Below are positions 38,661 through 51,960 of a stretch of DNA of 64,000 nucleotides, piece by piece. A program made the translations under genes and the position numbers. Location of the stretch: NCBI GenBank assembly GCA_043228905.1, contig JBHGNT010000083.1:1-64000 (forward strand). Reading direction: 5' to 3'. The notes under the pieces were generated by a model. The model did no database searches. It saw nothing but the letters and a program-made list of their open reading frames with translations, and was not told the DNA's origin. Every line of letters begins with the position of its first letter. The stretch's first letter is position 1. This DNA comes from Azolla caroliniana. Taxonomy: Eukaryota; Plantae; Polypodiophyta.

Positions 38661-40736
38661 AAATATCCCTTTACATTCTTCAGACCCACAAAGACAGTGT
38701 TTCGCTACCCATCGAGAATCCAAAGATGGCTTTTGGGTTCCATAATCCATAGTTAATTCATTGAAAGGTGGAATATTGTCCATTGCAAAAAGCATGATAT
38801 GAGGGTGCTTTGAGTCATGGTGATTCCATGCAACACACTGAGCAAACACATTTGGAGAACAGCTATGATTGATAAACCGTGACACATTTCCAGTTTGACT
38901 TGAATCAATGAGGATATCTGGTCTGGGAGCAAAATCTTTGATTTGTGAAGTTCGTGTACTGAGAAGATTTGATGCATCGCCCCACTGAGGAATATTTTGT
39001 GGTAACCTACTGGTATCTAAGAGATAATCTCTGGAACGCAAAGGCTGTGTATTCTCGATGAGCTTTCCGGTGTACTCACATATAAAGCTGCCTGCTGGAA
39101 TACTGTCCCAGGATCTTAAACCCCACCCTCTATCCTCTGTCTTGAAAACTTCTAACCGATATTTCATCCCTCTTTGTGTCAGCCTATTTCGACAGCTAAG
39201 TGGACACTTGCAATTGCTGCCACATTCGTAAATTATGGCTCTCTCTTTCACAAGAACCCCACCATTAAGATATGCAAACACACTACCATTCTTAGAATAG
39301 CAAGAACATGCCTGTGAAACATTGCATACACCTTTGCATTCACATCCTATGGCACCGCCAAAATGCTGTTGATAATAAGAAGCTCCTTGTGGGTAGTACA
39401 AACTAGTTGAATACTGGAAAGGTTGTGGGCTATGCAGGCTATCTACTGTATTCACCACACAGACAGGAAATCCTTCTTTACCATCGGAAATGTCAGCAAG
39501 GCACAATCCTTGTCTCTCACTTGGATTCTGCTTTAAAGAGTTTGAAAGCTTAAGGACAGATGATCCAAGCTCCGGCTGTCCTGGTAACCTCCGAAGCTTA
39601 AACTTGAACTCTTCAAATCCAAATTTTCCTTTCTCTGACCAACATTGTTCGACCTTGTATAGACCATCATAGGTATATGTTTTTCCAGAGGGGCTTGTGG
39701 TGTCTTTGATACCTCTTGTTACTCTAACAGGGACTTTGTGTTTCATGCTACCTTCCATAGCCAAATTGCCCCTCTCCAACTTCTGATCTTCATTTGGTTT
39801 ACTATCAAGTGCACTTTTTCCACCTTGACCCGTGTATATAAGTACCTCACCATCATCTTTGGCATCATAACCTCCTGAAGAGATGATACTAATGGCAACA
39901 GGGGTACTGTATTCGCTCTCTTTCATAGTTAGGTATTCAATGCCACCTTGGATGGGCCCATGCATACCAACACAACACATCTCCATTCGGAAGTAAAATT
40001 GGTCTCCAACTTCAATGCCAGGGACGGAGCCAATGACCTTTGAATTTCGATTTACAGCTAATCCTCGGAGATTCACAATGCTACCAGCATTCAAGTCGGG
40101 GCGGGTACCTTTGCTGATGTCTCGATCTTTGCTCTCTTCTTCCAACAATAAATTTCTCCGCAAAGCATCGTATATACGGAGAGTGTTAGTGATGGCGCGG
40201 CGAGGAGGACGGGCCGACGAGGTGCCACCCGAAGAGGAGGAAGAAGAACACCGCTTCATAGAAGAGGCAGGTCTTTTGGGTCGGGATTCACTGCTCCTTC
40301 TCTTTTCCTTGTGGTCATCAAAAGAAGAGCGCTCATGCAGAGGAGGAGAGTTTTCACTTACATCGGAGGGGGGGCGGCGATGGCGGCAGGGACGGCCAGG
40401 AGGAGACGGTTGCTTGGACCCATTGCCGGGACTGTGGACGATGTCGTCGGTGACGTCATCATCGTTGGGTTGGGCATTTGGCCGGGCATTTCCGGAGGCA
40501 TTTCTCCGAAGATTTTGTTCAACGGTATGAGATGCTGGCGTAGGAGGAGGAGATGTGGGTGGTGTAGGAATGCGAGGGGGTGGGAAACCATTGAAGAAGT
40601 TTAGGGGGTCAAATGTGTGTGGTAGGAAAGGCGGGACTCCGGGTGGGGCGACGATGCGCAGCGGCGGAACGTAGAAAATCGGGCCTTGATGATGCATGAA
40701 CCCATCGCCAGCGAATGCCGCCGCCGGTTGCTCCAT
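38652..40736 (-). CDS. SUVH: SU(VAR)3-9 homolog H3K9 methyltransferase (SRA/YDG, pre-SET, SET, post-SET), SUVH1/3-like, intronless ORF, 694 aa
   Basis: SRA: GSVPGIEVGDQFYFRMEM...YTYDGLYKV. 9-Cys pre-SET. SET: RGWGLRS, RFINHSCSPN, ELTMDY. Post-SET CLCGSEEC. First in-frame ATG at 40736 (upstream in-frame TAA at 40983-40985). Confidence 0.95.
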   Translation of the reverse strand: MEQPAAAFAGDGFMHHQGPIFYVPPLRIVAPPGVPPFLPHTFDPLNFFNGFPPPRIPTPPTSPPPTPASHTVEQNLRRNASGNARPNAQPNDDDVTDDIVHSPGNGSKQPSPPGRPCRHRRPPSDVSENSPPLHERSSFDDHKEKRRSSESRPKRPASSMKRCSSSSSSGGTSSARPPRRAITNTLRIYDALRRNLLLEEESKDRDISKGTRPDLNAGSIVNLRGLAVNRNSKVIGSVPGIEVGDQFYFRMEMCCVGMHGPIQGGIEYLTMKESEYSTPVAISIISSGGYDAKDDGEVLIYTGQGGKSALDSKPNEDQKLERGNLAMEGSMKHKVPVRVTRGIKDTTSPSGKTYTYDGLYKVEQCWSEKGKFGFEEFKFKLRRLPGQPELGSSVLKLSNSLKQNPSERQGLCLADISDGKEGFPVCVVNTVDSLHSPQPFQYSTSLYYPQGASYYQQHFGGAIGCECKGVCNVSQACSCYSKNGSVFAYLNGGVLVKERAIIYECGSNCKCPLSCRNRLTQRGMKYRLEVFKTEDRGWGLRSWDSIPAGSFICEYTGKLIENTQPLRSRDYLLDTSRLPQNIPQWGDASNLLSTRTSQIKDFAPRPDILIDSSQTGNVSRFINHSCSPNVFAQCVAWNHHDSKHPHIMLFAMDNIPPFNELTMDYGTQKPSLDSRWVAKHCLCGSEECKGIFYT

Positions 40737-40769
40737 ATTCAGAAAATATGGATGACAACAAAATGGGTC

Positions 40770-41050
40770 TTCTTCTACTACTAGTTCTACTGCTGATCCT
40801 TCTTCTTCTGCTTCTTCTTCTTCTAGTGCTGATCCTCCTCCTCCTCCTCCTTCTTCTTCTTCTTCTTCTTCTTCTTCTTCTTCTTCTTCTTCTTCTTCTT
40901 CTTCTTCTTCTTCTTCTTCTTCTTCTTCTTCCACTACTACTACTTCTACTGCTAATCCTTCTTCTTCTTCTTCTTCTTCTTCTTATTCTTCTTCTTCTTC
41001 TTCTTCTTCTTCTTCTACTGCTGCTACTGCTACTGCTACTGCTACTACAG
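40770..41050. repeat. Compound (TTC)n/(CTA/CTG)n microsatellite in the SUVH leader
   Basis: Directly visible; about 28 consecutive TTC units in the longest run. Confidence 0.95.
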
Positions 41051-41148
41051 TCTACAATTTTTCTCTTGTTTTTTTCACTCGTCTTCTCTTTAATTTTCTC
41101 TTTTCTGCTTCCTCCTCTTCTTGGTTAGTTAGTAATGGTGAGGAAGAC

Positions 41149-41195
41149 CACAAAAAATGGTACACAGAACTTAGAAGGAAGGAAGAAGGCAACAC

Positions 41196-41228
<33 letters not shown>

Positions 41229-41345
41229 CATACATACATACATACATACAAAAAATGGTACACAGAACTTAGAAGTAAGGAAGAAGGCAACACATATGTA
41301 TATGTATACATACATACATTATACATACATACATACATACATGCC
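41149..41345. repeat. Duplicated ~100-bp unit with (ATATGT)n/(TACA)n microsatellites
   Basis: caaaaaatggtacacagaacttagaag...aagaaggcaacacatatgta occurs twice. Confidence 0.8.
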
Positions 41346-44300
41346 TTTTTCTCCTCTGTTTATGCACTAACAACAACACACACACACACTCACTCACTCT
41401 TGTTTTTTATTCAAACTTGGCCTTCTTTTATTTATCACATTCATTTTCCCACTCCATTCCGTCTTGGTCCTCCGTAAGAGCCATCTCTCGGACGACAGAC
41501 ATATGTACATACGTTTTATGGACGGACGATTTTACTCGCTCAGGGCTCCACGAATCACCTCCGTTTAACGCCCATCTACGGTTCCAGATCAGACACCGAA
41601 CATTTCGTAGGGGGGAGGGGAGGCCTTTGTTGATTTTATGTGTGACCCTCGTGTTTTCACCTCGCATCCATAACATATCATATTAATATTACACAAGGAG
41701 CATATACCTCTTGTATGTACATACATATATGAATCCAAATCATAGACCTAAGATTATGAGTGACCTCTCCTACACATAGGGAGTGCAACATAGTTATGGG
41801 ACTATGAGCTTTTTATATGCAAGGTGGTGATATAAATTAGGGCCTTGGTACAGTGGGGACCTAAAAGGTTGTCGACCCACAACCCACTCAATATGCAAAG
41901 AGCCTTGCCTTTAGAAGCACAAAGACTTAGGTCCTTATCCAAAACCCTTGCGCCCCACACACCACATCTATATGGATATCCTCCACCTCACATATGGAAT
42001 CTCGAAATGGCGAGTGGAAACCTTGTGTACCCCTAGATATACTTCAATAAGTATCTTGTGCCTCCTCTGCATAACCTCATTCGTATTAAGAGGAAATCCA
42101 TAATTTGTCTACTACCACCACCTAGTTATATTCCCTTGTCACATTAACGTCCAATGGTGATATTACTAACCACGTGCTCCCTTTGCACCTATCTACGGAC
42201 ACAATTTTGGGCTTTTAGAAGCCCCTAATGTTGAGACTTATTGGGTAGTTATCTCGAGGGAGAAATTGTGAAGCAAGCATTCCAATAATGGTGTCATCAT
42301 CATCCACTTCATTGTAAGTTGAAACTCCACATCATCATTCTAGAAATATACAGAAATGATATTTTTGAGATGGTCTTCAATTGGTCACATGCCCAAATAA
42401 TTATCGTTTCCCTAAAAGAGGACTCCTCTATGCACACTCATCTTTCTTTCATAAGACACTCGTGCTCGAGTTATGGCTACCACCATTGACAAATATTAGA
42501 CTCGTAGATCCATACCTCCAAAATCTTTTTCCATCATCACTTTGGGCATGAAGCATTGTTCCATGACGTGGCCCTCATCGTGTGAAATGCATCATGTATG
42601 CCATGCATTCCATCAATGTGTACCAATAGAACATATATTCCGTTTCAAAGTCCGCAAGCATGTTTTACATCATAGAAATTTAATCTTCCTATGATAAATT
42701 TAGCGATTCCACAATAAAATTGTTTTTGCAAAAGATGTGCATGCATGAACTTGATTGAGAGGTCCACTTCATTAAAAATAACAGTTATTGTGCTTATATT
42801 CAACGTTATTAGATCAATTCCATTGTTCTAGACTTATCATATTAAATATGGGCACAAGTGGAAGTTATAATCATTGTCTGTTTTATAGCTTTATTCAATT
42901 GTCAAACATAATTCCAATGCATATCTTCTTAAATTGATTTGCAATCTCTACATGCACAATGGGCAAGTTTTCTTCATAATTATTTTTGTATCGTTTTTTT
43001 TTCCAAAAACAAACTCCTTCCATTAATTATAAAATTTACAAATGAGACGATTATGTACAAATCCCTGAAGGGACGCGATAGTTCCATCTTATGTGGATGC
43101 CCACTGACTCAAGAAAGGGAGAGAACGACCATTGTTGGATGAAGACTATTCGTTGTCTTTCAACTCCCTCGGAGCCGCCCTTAAGGCCATCATATTGGCT
43201 CTTTAGAGTGGCTACAATTTCACTCCATATCTCTTGCAGTAACCCTTCACTTACATTGTTATATTGTTATATCAAGCGGTAATATAGTTACATGCATTTT
43301 GTTAACTCTTCACTTACATGCACAAGGGCAAGTTTTAGTCACAATTAATTTCGTATGGTTATATGAAGCGGTAATCTAGTTTTTTCTATTTCGTAGTACA
43401 ATCCTATGTGCCATAAAAAATACATGCATTATATGTTTAAAGCTTGTATTCATCATTAATAGGCGCTTGGCTCTAGACTTGCAAAAGCAAATAATTAACA
43501 ATAATTTGATGGAATTGTTGTTGTTTTATACTTTTTGCAATGCACCATGCAAGAAATTCCAATGATATTGTTGAATCACTCTATATTTAGTTTCATTTGC
43601 TATGCATACCAATATAAATGTATAAAATATGTTACACTTGCACCTGGTAGATGCGCACAACATCAAAATGGAAATAGTTGCCAATATAATAATCAACCAC
43701 AACCAATGTTAGGTTTTGATGTGCAACCAACAATTCCATGGGACATGTATTTTTAAAACATGTCAATCTTATTGGAAAGGAAAATTTCGAACTTGCCAAT
43801 CCATTGACATTCTAAAGTAATTGTTATTCGTCCATAAACATGAAGGTACAATATTTTCATAAAGCCATGATGCTTTTTCGTAGAAAATGACATGTAGTGT
43901 AAAGGGCATTTTCTATTAAAATTCCACTTACATTATTTGAATTGTTTACACAGCAAAACACCAAAAAATCCTGAGAATCTTGAGTATTATGTATGGAGTA
44001 TCGTGGACATTCAATAGGTTATACATCTAAATCTGAGTCTTCAAATGTTTCAAGAAAGTCTCTCTACAATGCAAAATTTATTCTCATGGAAGCTTACTCT
44101 TGCAGCTTTTGAAAACTTTGTGGTCTTTTGGTAAATACACAAAATATCAACAATATTTGGCATCCTTAATCACACCAAAATTGGAACCCAATCAATAGGC
44201 AACCCCGATAAGGAAAGTTGTCCAAGTGTGGATCATAAAAACACATACCCATCCACAATAAGAGAACCCACATGTCCACCATGAAGGAGATGCTAAAGTG

Positions 44301-44669
44301 TCCATTGAACCCTAAACATTGACTACAACCATCATGGTTCAAGTTGAACTCACATCCCCACTTTCATTAGGCATGGTTAAATTCATTGCTGAGTTTTTCC
44401 GTTTGCATTGTTAGAAAGGGAAGGGAAGTCATGGGTTCGAAGGTAGTCTTTTTATTTATTTTAAACTTTATTTATTGTTGGTTTGGCTCTTCCTTTTCAT
44501 GTTATTTGTATTTATTCTTCTTTTTGTTTATCTTCCATCCTTTTCTATAGCCTATTTTCTCTTATTTTACTCCTCACTATCTCCTAGTGGACATCCCCTC
44601 TAATTTAATAATTTGTTTCTGGTTTCTCCATTTCTCTCCACTATTCCAACCTCATGTTCTTCCTTTAGT

Positions 44670-44727
44670 CAATCTCATTATTCAATCTCATTATTCAATC
44701 TCATTATTCAATCTCATCATCTCAATC
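44670..44727. repeat. 13-bp minisatellite (caatctcattatt) x~4
   Basis: Directly visible. Confidence 0.85.
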
Positions 44728-46961
44728 TTTCTTCTCTCCTAGCTCTTACTTCATCCATATGACTGAGCCCCTAACCCTACTTTGCAATAACCATCGTTCT
44801 CACCATCCTAAATCAAATAAAAATATGTTTGCAATATGTTTGAATGATATATGTGTATACTTAACAAATTAAAATTGGTCAAAATATACAATACAACATA
44901 CATACTCTTACTATAAAAGCATTATACAATCATAGTGTGAAAATCGACGAAAACACCCAACCATTACACTACAATGGTAGATGATTTCTCGAATGAAGAC
45001 AATAACCACCAATATCTTGGTGACATAGAGAATCACTATAATACTGGTGACAATGCCAACAAAAACATCTTCCTAATCCCCATATTCTCTTAACACTCTA
45101 ACCTAGACATCATACATATTCCTTGTAGTGACCACCTTCCACCTTCGACCCTCAATCAACAACCCCTAGATCACCCAAAACCCCTCCTCTTGCCTCGATA
45201 TACATTTGTTTGATATGAAAGTTAACTACTTAGACCATTTGCTCTGTTCACATTGCATGGCTAAATGATAGAGCAACGATAACTATATATTGATTAATAA
45301 CTTATATAGTGTTCCTATTATGTTTCTTTAGTGTGTCAACATAGCACAACTAAATGGTGGAGTAGCAATCATTCTATCAATTAATAACTTATATTGTATT
45401 CAAATCTTTATCTTTAGTGAAACAAAGTTGTGGTGAAGAAATGGAAAAAGGAATCCTCCTCCTCTTTCTTCTATCACTACTACTACAATGACTCGGCATT
45501 GACGATATGGCTTGGCCACTCAATAATTCGTTTGATCGGCTTGATGTGGTTCACTAAGCGGGACAATTGTTCCATGACTAACTTCTTCACAAGGTTCACC
45601 ACATTACCCAACATAACTTATAAGAAGTTAACACTCAAGTAAGTTTATGACAAGTTGTGCTCAAGTGGGTTGAGGACATCATGTTATAAGTCCATGGATC
45701 ATAAGAATTGATTGCATATGATCAAACCCAACAAGCATGTTCTAACACCTAACATGCCAAGTCATGAATTTATATATATACATGTATGCATCTCTTTATG
45801 TAATAACATAGCCATGCTTATAAACTCAAGTTGATTTCACACTACGCACCCTCTTCCTTTTCTTCCACTTATGCATCAATTAGTGTATCATTTTCTTTGT
45901 TCTCCCCAAATATCAATTGGAGCTTGCTAGTCCACATTAATCATAAAACTAGTCAACCAATTTTTGGAAAAAAAAAACTAGTTAACCAATGGGGGTTCGT
46001 GCATTATTCAACACCATAGTGACATTGTTCCATATATATCAATTAACCATTGATAAAAGTATTAAACTACAAAACACAACAGAAACTTACAATTTTCAAA
46101 ACTAAGGAATGAGTTGACAATTCAATTTAGGCTGTTCTAATTTGCTAATCTACTTGTTATGAAATCATGCATTATTTTTCAAATGGGCTATGGAAGTCGG
46201 CATCATACAGATGAGAAAATTTCTAGGATGCACAACAATAGAAGAGTTACCAAAAAATCCACCATATTGAATGATCATAATAATAGGTCCATACAATTAA
46301 GAATAGAATATCCATTGTACGTTAATCCAATAGGACTCTTTGTGCTTCATTTAGCAAGATACATATTTGAAAATAATTTTTTTTGGTTAATCGAAGGCAC
46401 ATCTATGGCCATAAATGGACTGATAAACTAGGACAGCCAAAAAAAATCATTGGAGTGCCTAATGTAACAAACCCAAGTTTTCCTCATCCTTTCTGTACTA
46501 ACAGCTATGCTCTTGTCATCTACTATCCTATACCTAACTCTTCAATCATTCGAATGTCACTTTATACTTTGACGATTATATATTGACAATAGGAAAGAAA
46601 TGACAGCCAGAAATGTTATCTTATCCATGATTGTAGACGACATTTTCTCCTATACAATTTCAACATTTTCATAATACTTGAACACATAAGAAATGGTATA
46701 CTCAGAAGTTTAAAAATGCTGCAGGATTTGGAAATCTAGTATCTATACATCTAGTTCACATCAGCAATTTGCCGACTTTTTTATGTAATTCTTGTGCTGG
46801 TAACATGGTTGCAAACATGCCATTGACAGCGACTCATGGCATAACAAAAAATGCCCACCAATGTACCTGCATGCACATCATGTGCACGAAATAGGGATTT
46901 CGCTTGCACAATTTTAGCATCTTGAATGATATATTAACAGCTGGAAAAACCCGAGAAAAAA

Positions 46962-49900
46962 CTAAGCTCTCCGAATCTTCTTGGACCTAGAGATTCCCCG
47001 TTGTGTTTTTTCGACCCGCTTGCGCTTTCCAAGACTTTTACTCCCCTCTTTATTCATAGCAATTTGCCTCTTAGAATGTGAACTCTTACTCCTGATTTGG
47101 CTCCTTTTGTCATGTTTGACTTCTGTTGAATCCTGTACACCTTTGTAGGAGACAGATGGTTTGGCTCTCTTTCTCTGTGGCTGGACCTCATCATTATCAT
47201 ATTCTTCCAGTTTCCTTGAATGCTTTGTTGATGTAGAGTCCTGCTTCTTGTTTTGTAATACACGACTTATTCGTAGAATCCTGTCCCTCAATTTCATTTT
47301 CCGTTTAAAGGCAAGGATATGCCTAGCACTCTCCTGCAAAGAGAAAAAAAGAAGCTCTCATTGACAAATATAGCCACCCATTAAGGCATAATTTAGTTTG
47401 TATTACTTTTGTTTTGAAAAGCACAAAGGCAATTCCCTTGTTAAGGCTAGTGTGAGAATCTCTAACAACATTAATGGCTTCAACATCCATATCTGGTGTG
47501 AATACTTGATAGAGTTCCTCATCCTGAAATATAATATCCGTTGAATGCAATCATTAATTGAAAATTCGAGTCTAATAGCATGTTATACAAATCTTGGTTA
47601 AACCTTCAATCAGTAGACAATACCTGTACATCAAATGGAAGATTGCCAATTAATATCGATCGACTATTGTCATAAGGTGAAGAAGGGTTCCCATTCGTTA
47701 CTCCATATGGACCATGGGCAGCATCAACTCGTATGAGGTTTCCATTCAACTGAAAGCAAAGTTGAAGGAAACAATATTAGAACATAATCAAGCGGGATAA
47801 TATCAGTCCATAATATCGTAACAGATACCTCTTTCATGTTGTGAGCATGTGCAGCATTTGCATGTGATAGTTCTTTGAAGACTATATAGGCATGTTGACT
47901 GGAAAGAAGTTTTCAAAAAAAAAGATCAAAATGAAAACTTGGACGAGACCTATGAATGTTATGTTCATGGTCCTTGTTCCAAGCTCACCAAATTTAAATG
48001 CTAATTTATGTCCGTTTAAATTTATTAAAGTGTAAATGTGAGTCATATCACATAGGGTAATAGAATTGGTTCCATGAGAAATAAATGTCTGTCATAGTTA
48101 GAATGTTTGGTTGAGTGTAAAAGGCATACCTTAAACACATTTAGTGCTATGATCTTGTGGCCAAGGTTGGAAGGAGACTAGACAGATCACCCATGTACTC
48201 CTCTTTGTTGGAGGCATGTGAGAGCAACATATATACATCTTATGAAATCTTTTAGAAAGTAGCTGATTGAGTAATGAAATATGAGGCCAAGACCACTCCA
48301 TGAGATCACATTGACATGAGATTGACCACAAGAAAGATTCACATGGGATAGTGTTGATACTACTCAGCGATGGTTCTTTTTTTCTCTCCAAAAACTCAGT
48401 GATGGTTCTTTGTTTTTGAAATTAGATGTTAAAACTCTTCCAAATGAGAATAATGTCAAATAACTCATGATGGAAGAGGTAAACTCAACCAAATAGATAG
48501 ATGCCCATTAGAAAAAAGATGCATATGCATATGCTACATGTGTGACATTCCATTTATTTATCAGTCCTATGACTGCACAGTGAATCTTACTTTAATAAGG
48601 GTACATTGATATAAGATAATAGTAGGGTTTTACTTGAATTATGAAAGCTTATCTATATATATCAATGACAATGATCAAATATCTAGTATGCATCCAAAAT
48701 CTGCTGGTTCAGCTGATTTCAAAATTCTAATCACAATTTAATGGCATGATAAAATGGAAATTACAAATGAATGTAAGGTTTTGAACTAACGTCAGGTATC
48801 ATTACAATATCGTATTCCAAACAGATCCAAGATAACCTACAAGACACTCTCTTAGCAGAATGCATTAAATAAATTAAAGTGGAACAAACCTGGTAATGGC
48901 TTTATTGACTTGGGCTTTAAAAACAGCACCTCTGCTTGGAATTTTCGTCTACACGAAGTTACATTAGTCAGATACCTTTCTGACTTCTGATCATGCAACA
49001 AGTGGTGCTAAAAGTATGGAAAATATTCCTTAGTAACCATGCAAACATATTAAGAAAAGGGAAAAACATCAAAATACCCCTAACTAGTTGGATTTGAATG
49101 AGAATACTCCTAAGTTTTCAAATTTCGCCACAATAAAATATAATATTTACCAGTACATGGGGATATCTTGGTAAATTTTGAGAACTCGGGGTATTCTGGT
49201 AGATGCTAGTGTCCAACAAGTTAGGTGTTTTGGTCTTTTCCCCTAAAATTACTTGTAATATATAGCAATGGAAGCTTACATCTATTATGGGTATAGAACT
49301 TAGTCGTACAGAATCAATGAGACCATACTGAGAGAATTCTTTAACAATTTCCTTTTTCTTCACATTCATTGGCAAATTTCCAACAAGGACAGTTCTGCTC
49401 AGTTTTTCCTCGTCACCAGAGGCTTGTATCTTCATATCACTTGCCAAGTCATCATCTGATCCATTCCTTTTTCTCTTTTTGTTCATACCTTCGCCCTCTT
49501 CTTTGTCATCTTTCTTTACATAAATCATCCTAGATTCTTCACTTGTGGGCAAAGGTCCATCAGCAGCATGTTTAAGGCGTTTCACATATCTAGTTTCAAT
49601 GATATCTTCCTTCTTTCTCTTTCTATTTACCTTTGCACCCTTTTCGTCATCATTCACCAGGATTGGATCTACTTTCATGTTAGCTATGGTTTCCACACTA
49701 GCTTCAAATCTGTGGTCCTCTTTCGGCATACCTGCATTGTTCATGTTCTCCTTTTTTACATGCAAAATTTGCTTGGTCTGCATGTTTATCTTTTGTCTTT
49801 TTATGAATGGATTCTGTTCAATTGGCTCTTTTGACATGTTTACAGCATCATTCTTATCTCCATTTACAAGTAAATTCAGCTCTGTCTGCTTTTTGACCAT

Positions 49901-50605
49901 ATCTGCATTCCTGACCTTATGTTTTCTTGCATGCAGATTCAGCTCGATCTTCTCTTTTAGCATGTCTACATCATTGACCTTATGTCTGTTTACATGTAAA
50001 TTCTGCTCTTTCCACATCTCTACATCCTTTATCTTATGTCTTTTTACAGGCAAATTCAGTTCTTTTGGCATGTCGACATCTTCGAAATTATGTCTTTTCG
50101 TATACAAATTCAATTTGACCAAAGAATCAACATTTTCTATGTTTTCCATACCTGTTTGCTTCTCTGAATGATCAATCTTTTGTCTTTTTGCAAGAAAATC
50201 CCGCTCGACCAAAGCCGAATCATCAACAGCAAATCCTCGTTTTCTCCAATGTTTTCTTTCATACTTGTTTCCGTCCTTCTCTTCCCATTGTTGTTTCTGC
50301 TCATCTGTGCTACTTTCAACATTCCTTTCGACATCATTTCCTACTTTCTTTTCGGTAGTGCGTTCTACTTCCTTTTCTTTCACCTTTATTCCCGAAACAA
50401 ATTTCTTTATCTTCTTCTTCTTCTCTGTTTCTTCATGAATTATGCTAGATAGAAAACTCACCTTATTCGATGTCTGAGCATCTCCAGATGTATGATGAGA
50501 CTCTGAATTTGGCCTCTGTTTCTGCCTCTGCCTCTGCCTCTGCCTCTGCTTGATCATCATCATCATCATCATCATCATCATCTTGCTGCCCGTTTCGTGC
50601 TTCAT
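46962..50605 (-). CDS. RBM34: Nucleolar two-RRM protein (RBM34/Nop12-like); exons 50605-49280, 48948-48890, 47898-47829, 47749-47624, 47523-47407, 47333-46962
   Basis: RRM1: EKLSRTVLVGNLP...IDSVRLSSIPIID-TKIPSRGAV...HAYIVFKE. RRM2: SILIGNLPFDVQDEEL...KGIAFVLFKTK. K/R-rich tail. All junctions GT-AG and frame-consistent. Start codon uncertain (ATG microsatellite). Confidence 0.85.
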
Positions 50606-50857
50606 CTTCTACTGATGCGCCATTTCATTATATCTTCAAATGCAGAGAGGCATTTCAGCATACGCTAATTCTTCTGCTTCCAAAGAAACTAAAGAGACTA
50701 ATTTCAAAGTGCTATTGGAGGCAATCTCTGAGACACCTCTGTCTTTTTCCAAAAGGCCCATCAGGGAAGCCCGAATATATACATATTTATGTCCGAATCG
50801 AACTTATCATCGGACAAGTGATGTATATGTCCGAATCGATCTTATCTCCGGACAATC

Positions 50858-51185
50858 GATTTGGGTTTTGAAACCCTAATCATAGAAGCCTATTTATTGG
50901 AGACATGTGTGTGTCTGTTATGTCCGAATAGATCTCGTCACTAGACAAGTGATGAAGTAATGGCTTGCTATAGTTGCACCGACATTCTGCAAAAGAACAC
51001 GTTAAGGGCCAAGGCCAATTCTATGATTTGGGTTTTGAAACCCTAATCATAGAAGCCTATTTATTGGAGACATGTGTGTGTCTGTTATGTCCGAATAGAT
51101 CTCGTCACTAGACAAGTGATGAAGTAATGGCTTGCTATAGTTCCACCGACATTCTGCAAAAAGAACACGCTAAGGCCAATTCTAT
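50858..51185. promoter_or_regulatory. Tandem ~165-bp duplication upstream of the RBM34-like gene, each unit with a telo-box AAACCCTAA (50871, 51038)
   Basis: Units 50858-51024 and 51025-51185. Telo-boxes are typical of plant ribosome-biogenesis gene promoters. Confidence 0.65.
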
Positions 51186-51351
51186 CCCTATTGCTTATGG
51201 CATCTCCTACAAGGGGCAACCCCTTGACCCCATGGTGGTTTGAACGTTTTGTTGTCTTTGGATTACTTATAGCTTACATGGATGTTGTGAAGTTGTTACA
51301 TGCTAAACAAAATCTAGGATATACTTCAATACTTGAGGGTTTTGGTTGTCG

Positions 51352-51958
51352 TATGTGTGCTAATAATGATAGTTTTGTGGCTGACTATGCAAATTTTCTT
51401 GTCAAATGGCGAGAGGATCCCATGGGTGTGTGTGTGTGTGTGTTTGAGAAACAAACATGCTTGTTATGAAGAATATTACATTGCCTGTGGTTTTGATGTT
51501 GTGTTAGGTTAGCATTTACATGAGAATAACATGTCCAAGAAGATGCACACCCTGAAAAAAGAGTCCATCCACTATTGTGTTTGATGCTACAGTGTGGAAA
51601 TTCTTGTTTCGTCAATTTCACTAGAACATGTCCACATGCAACGTACCATGAAAAGTAATTTCTAGAGGCCCAACCTTTTCTCACATTCACTATAAATACA
51701 CCAATTGGCTCAAAGAGTCAACCCCAATTATTGGCATTTGCTATAAAGAAGAAAAATCTCACCACACAACATTATCTAGGTGAGGGTAGCTCTTAATTGA
51801 GGCTTGGGGGGGTTCAAATTCTTCCATCTCTTGAATTCAATCAAGAATAGATAAAAGGCAAAAGAAAAGCAAGGCTTCTTGTTCTAATGGGTAATAAGGA
51901 CATCATCACATGGAAGGGTAGGGCTAAGCACTTAATTAAAAAGTTAATTGACCCTTGT
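51352..51958 (+). repeat. Diverged paralog of the GAF gene promoter/5' leader with no CDS
   Basis: Aligns with 56512-56632 + 57661-58102, including TATA (51691), donor tctag|gtgagg (51780) and ttctaatgggtaataaggac. Confidence 0.85.
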
Positions 51959-51960
51959 TT

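Noticed and set aside
40737-41128. Poly-Glu N-terminus of the 760-aa ORF call and the antisense poly-Leu ORF
   Set aside because: Both come from the TTC/GAA microsatellite. The ORF call starts at a GTG after an in-frame stop; the first ATG is at 40736.
41700-46600. Possible decayed DNA-transposon coding remnants
   Set aside because: No ORF, terminal repeat or motif I could support by eye.
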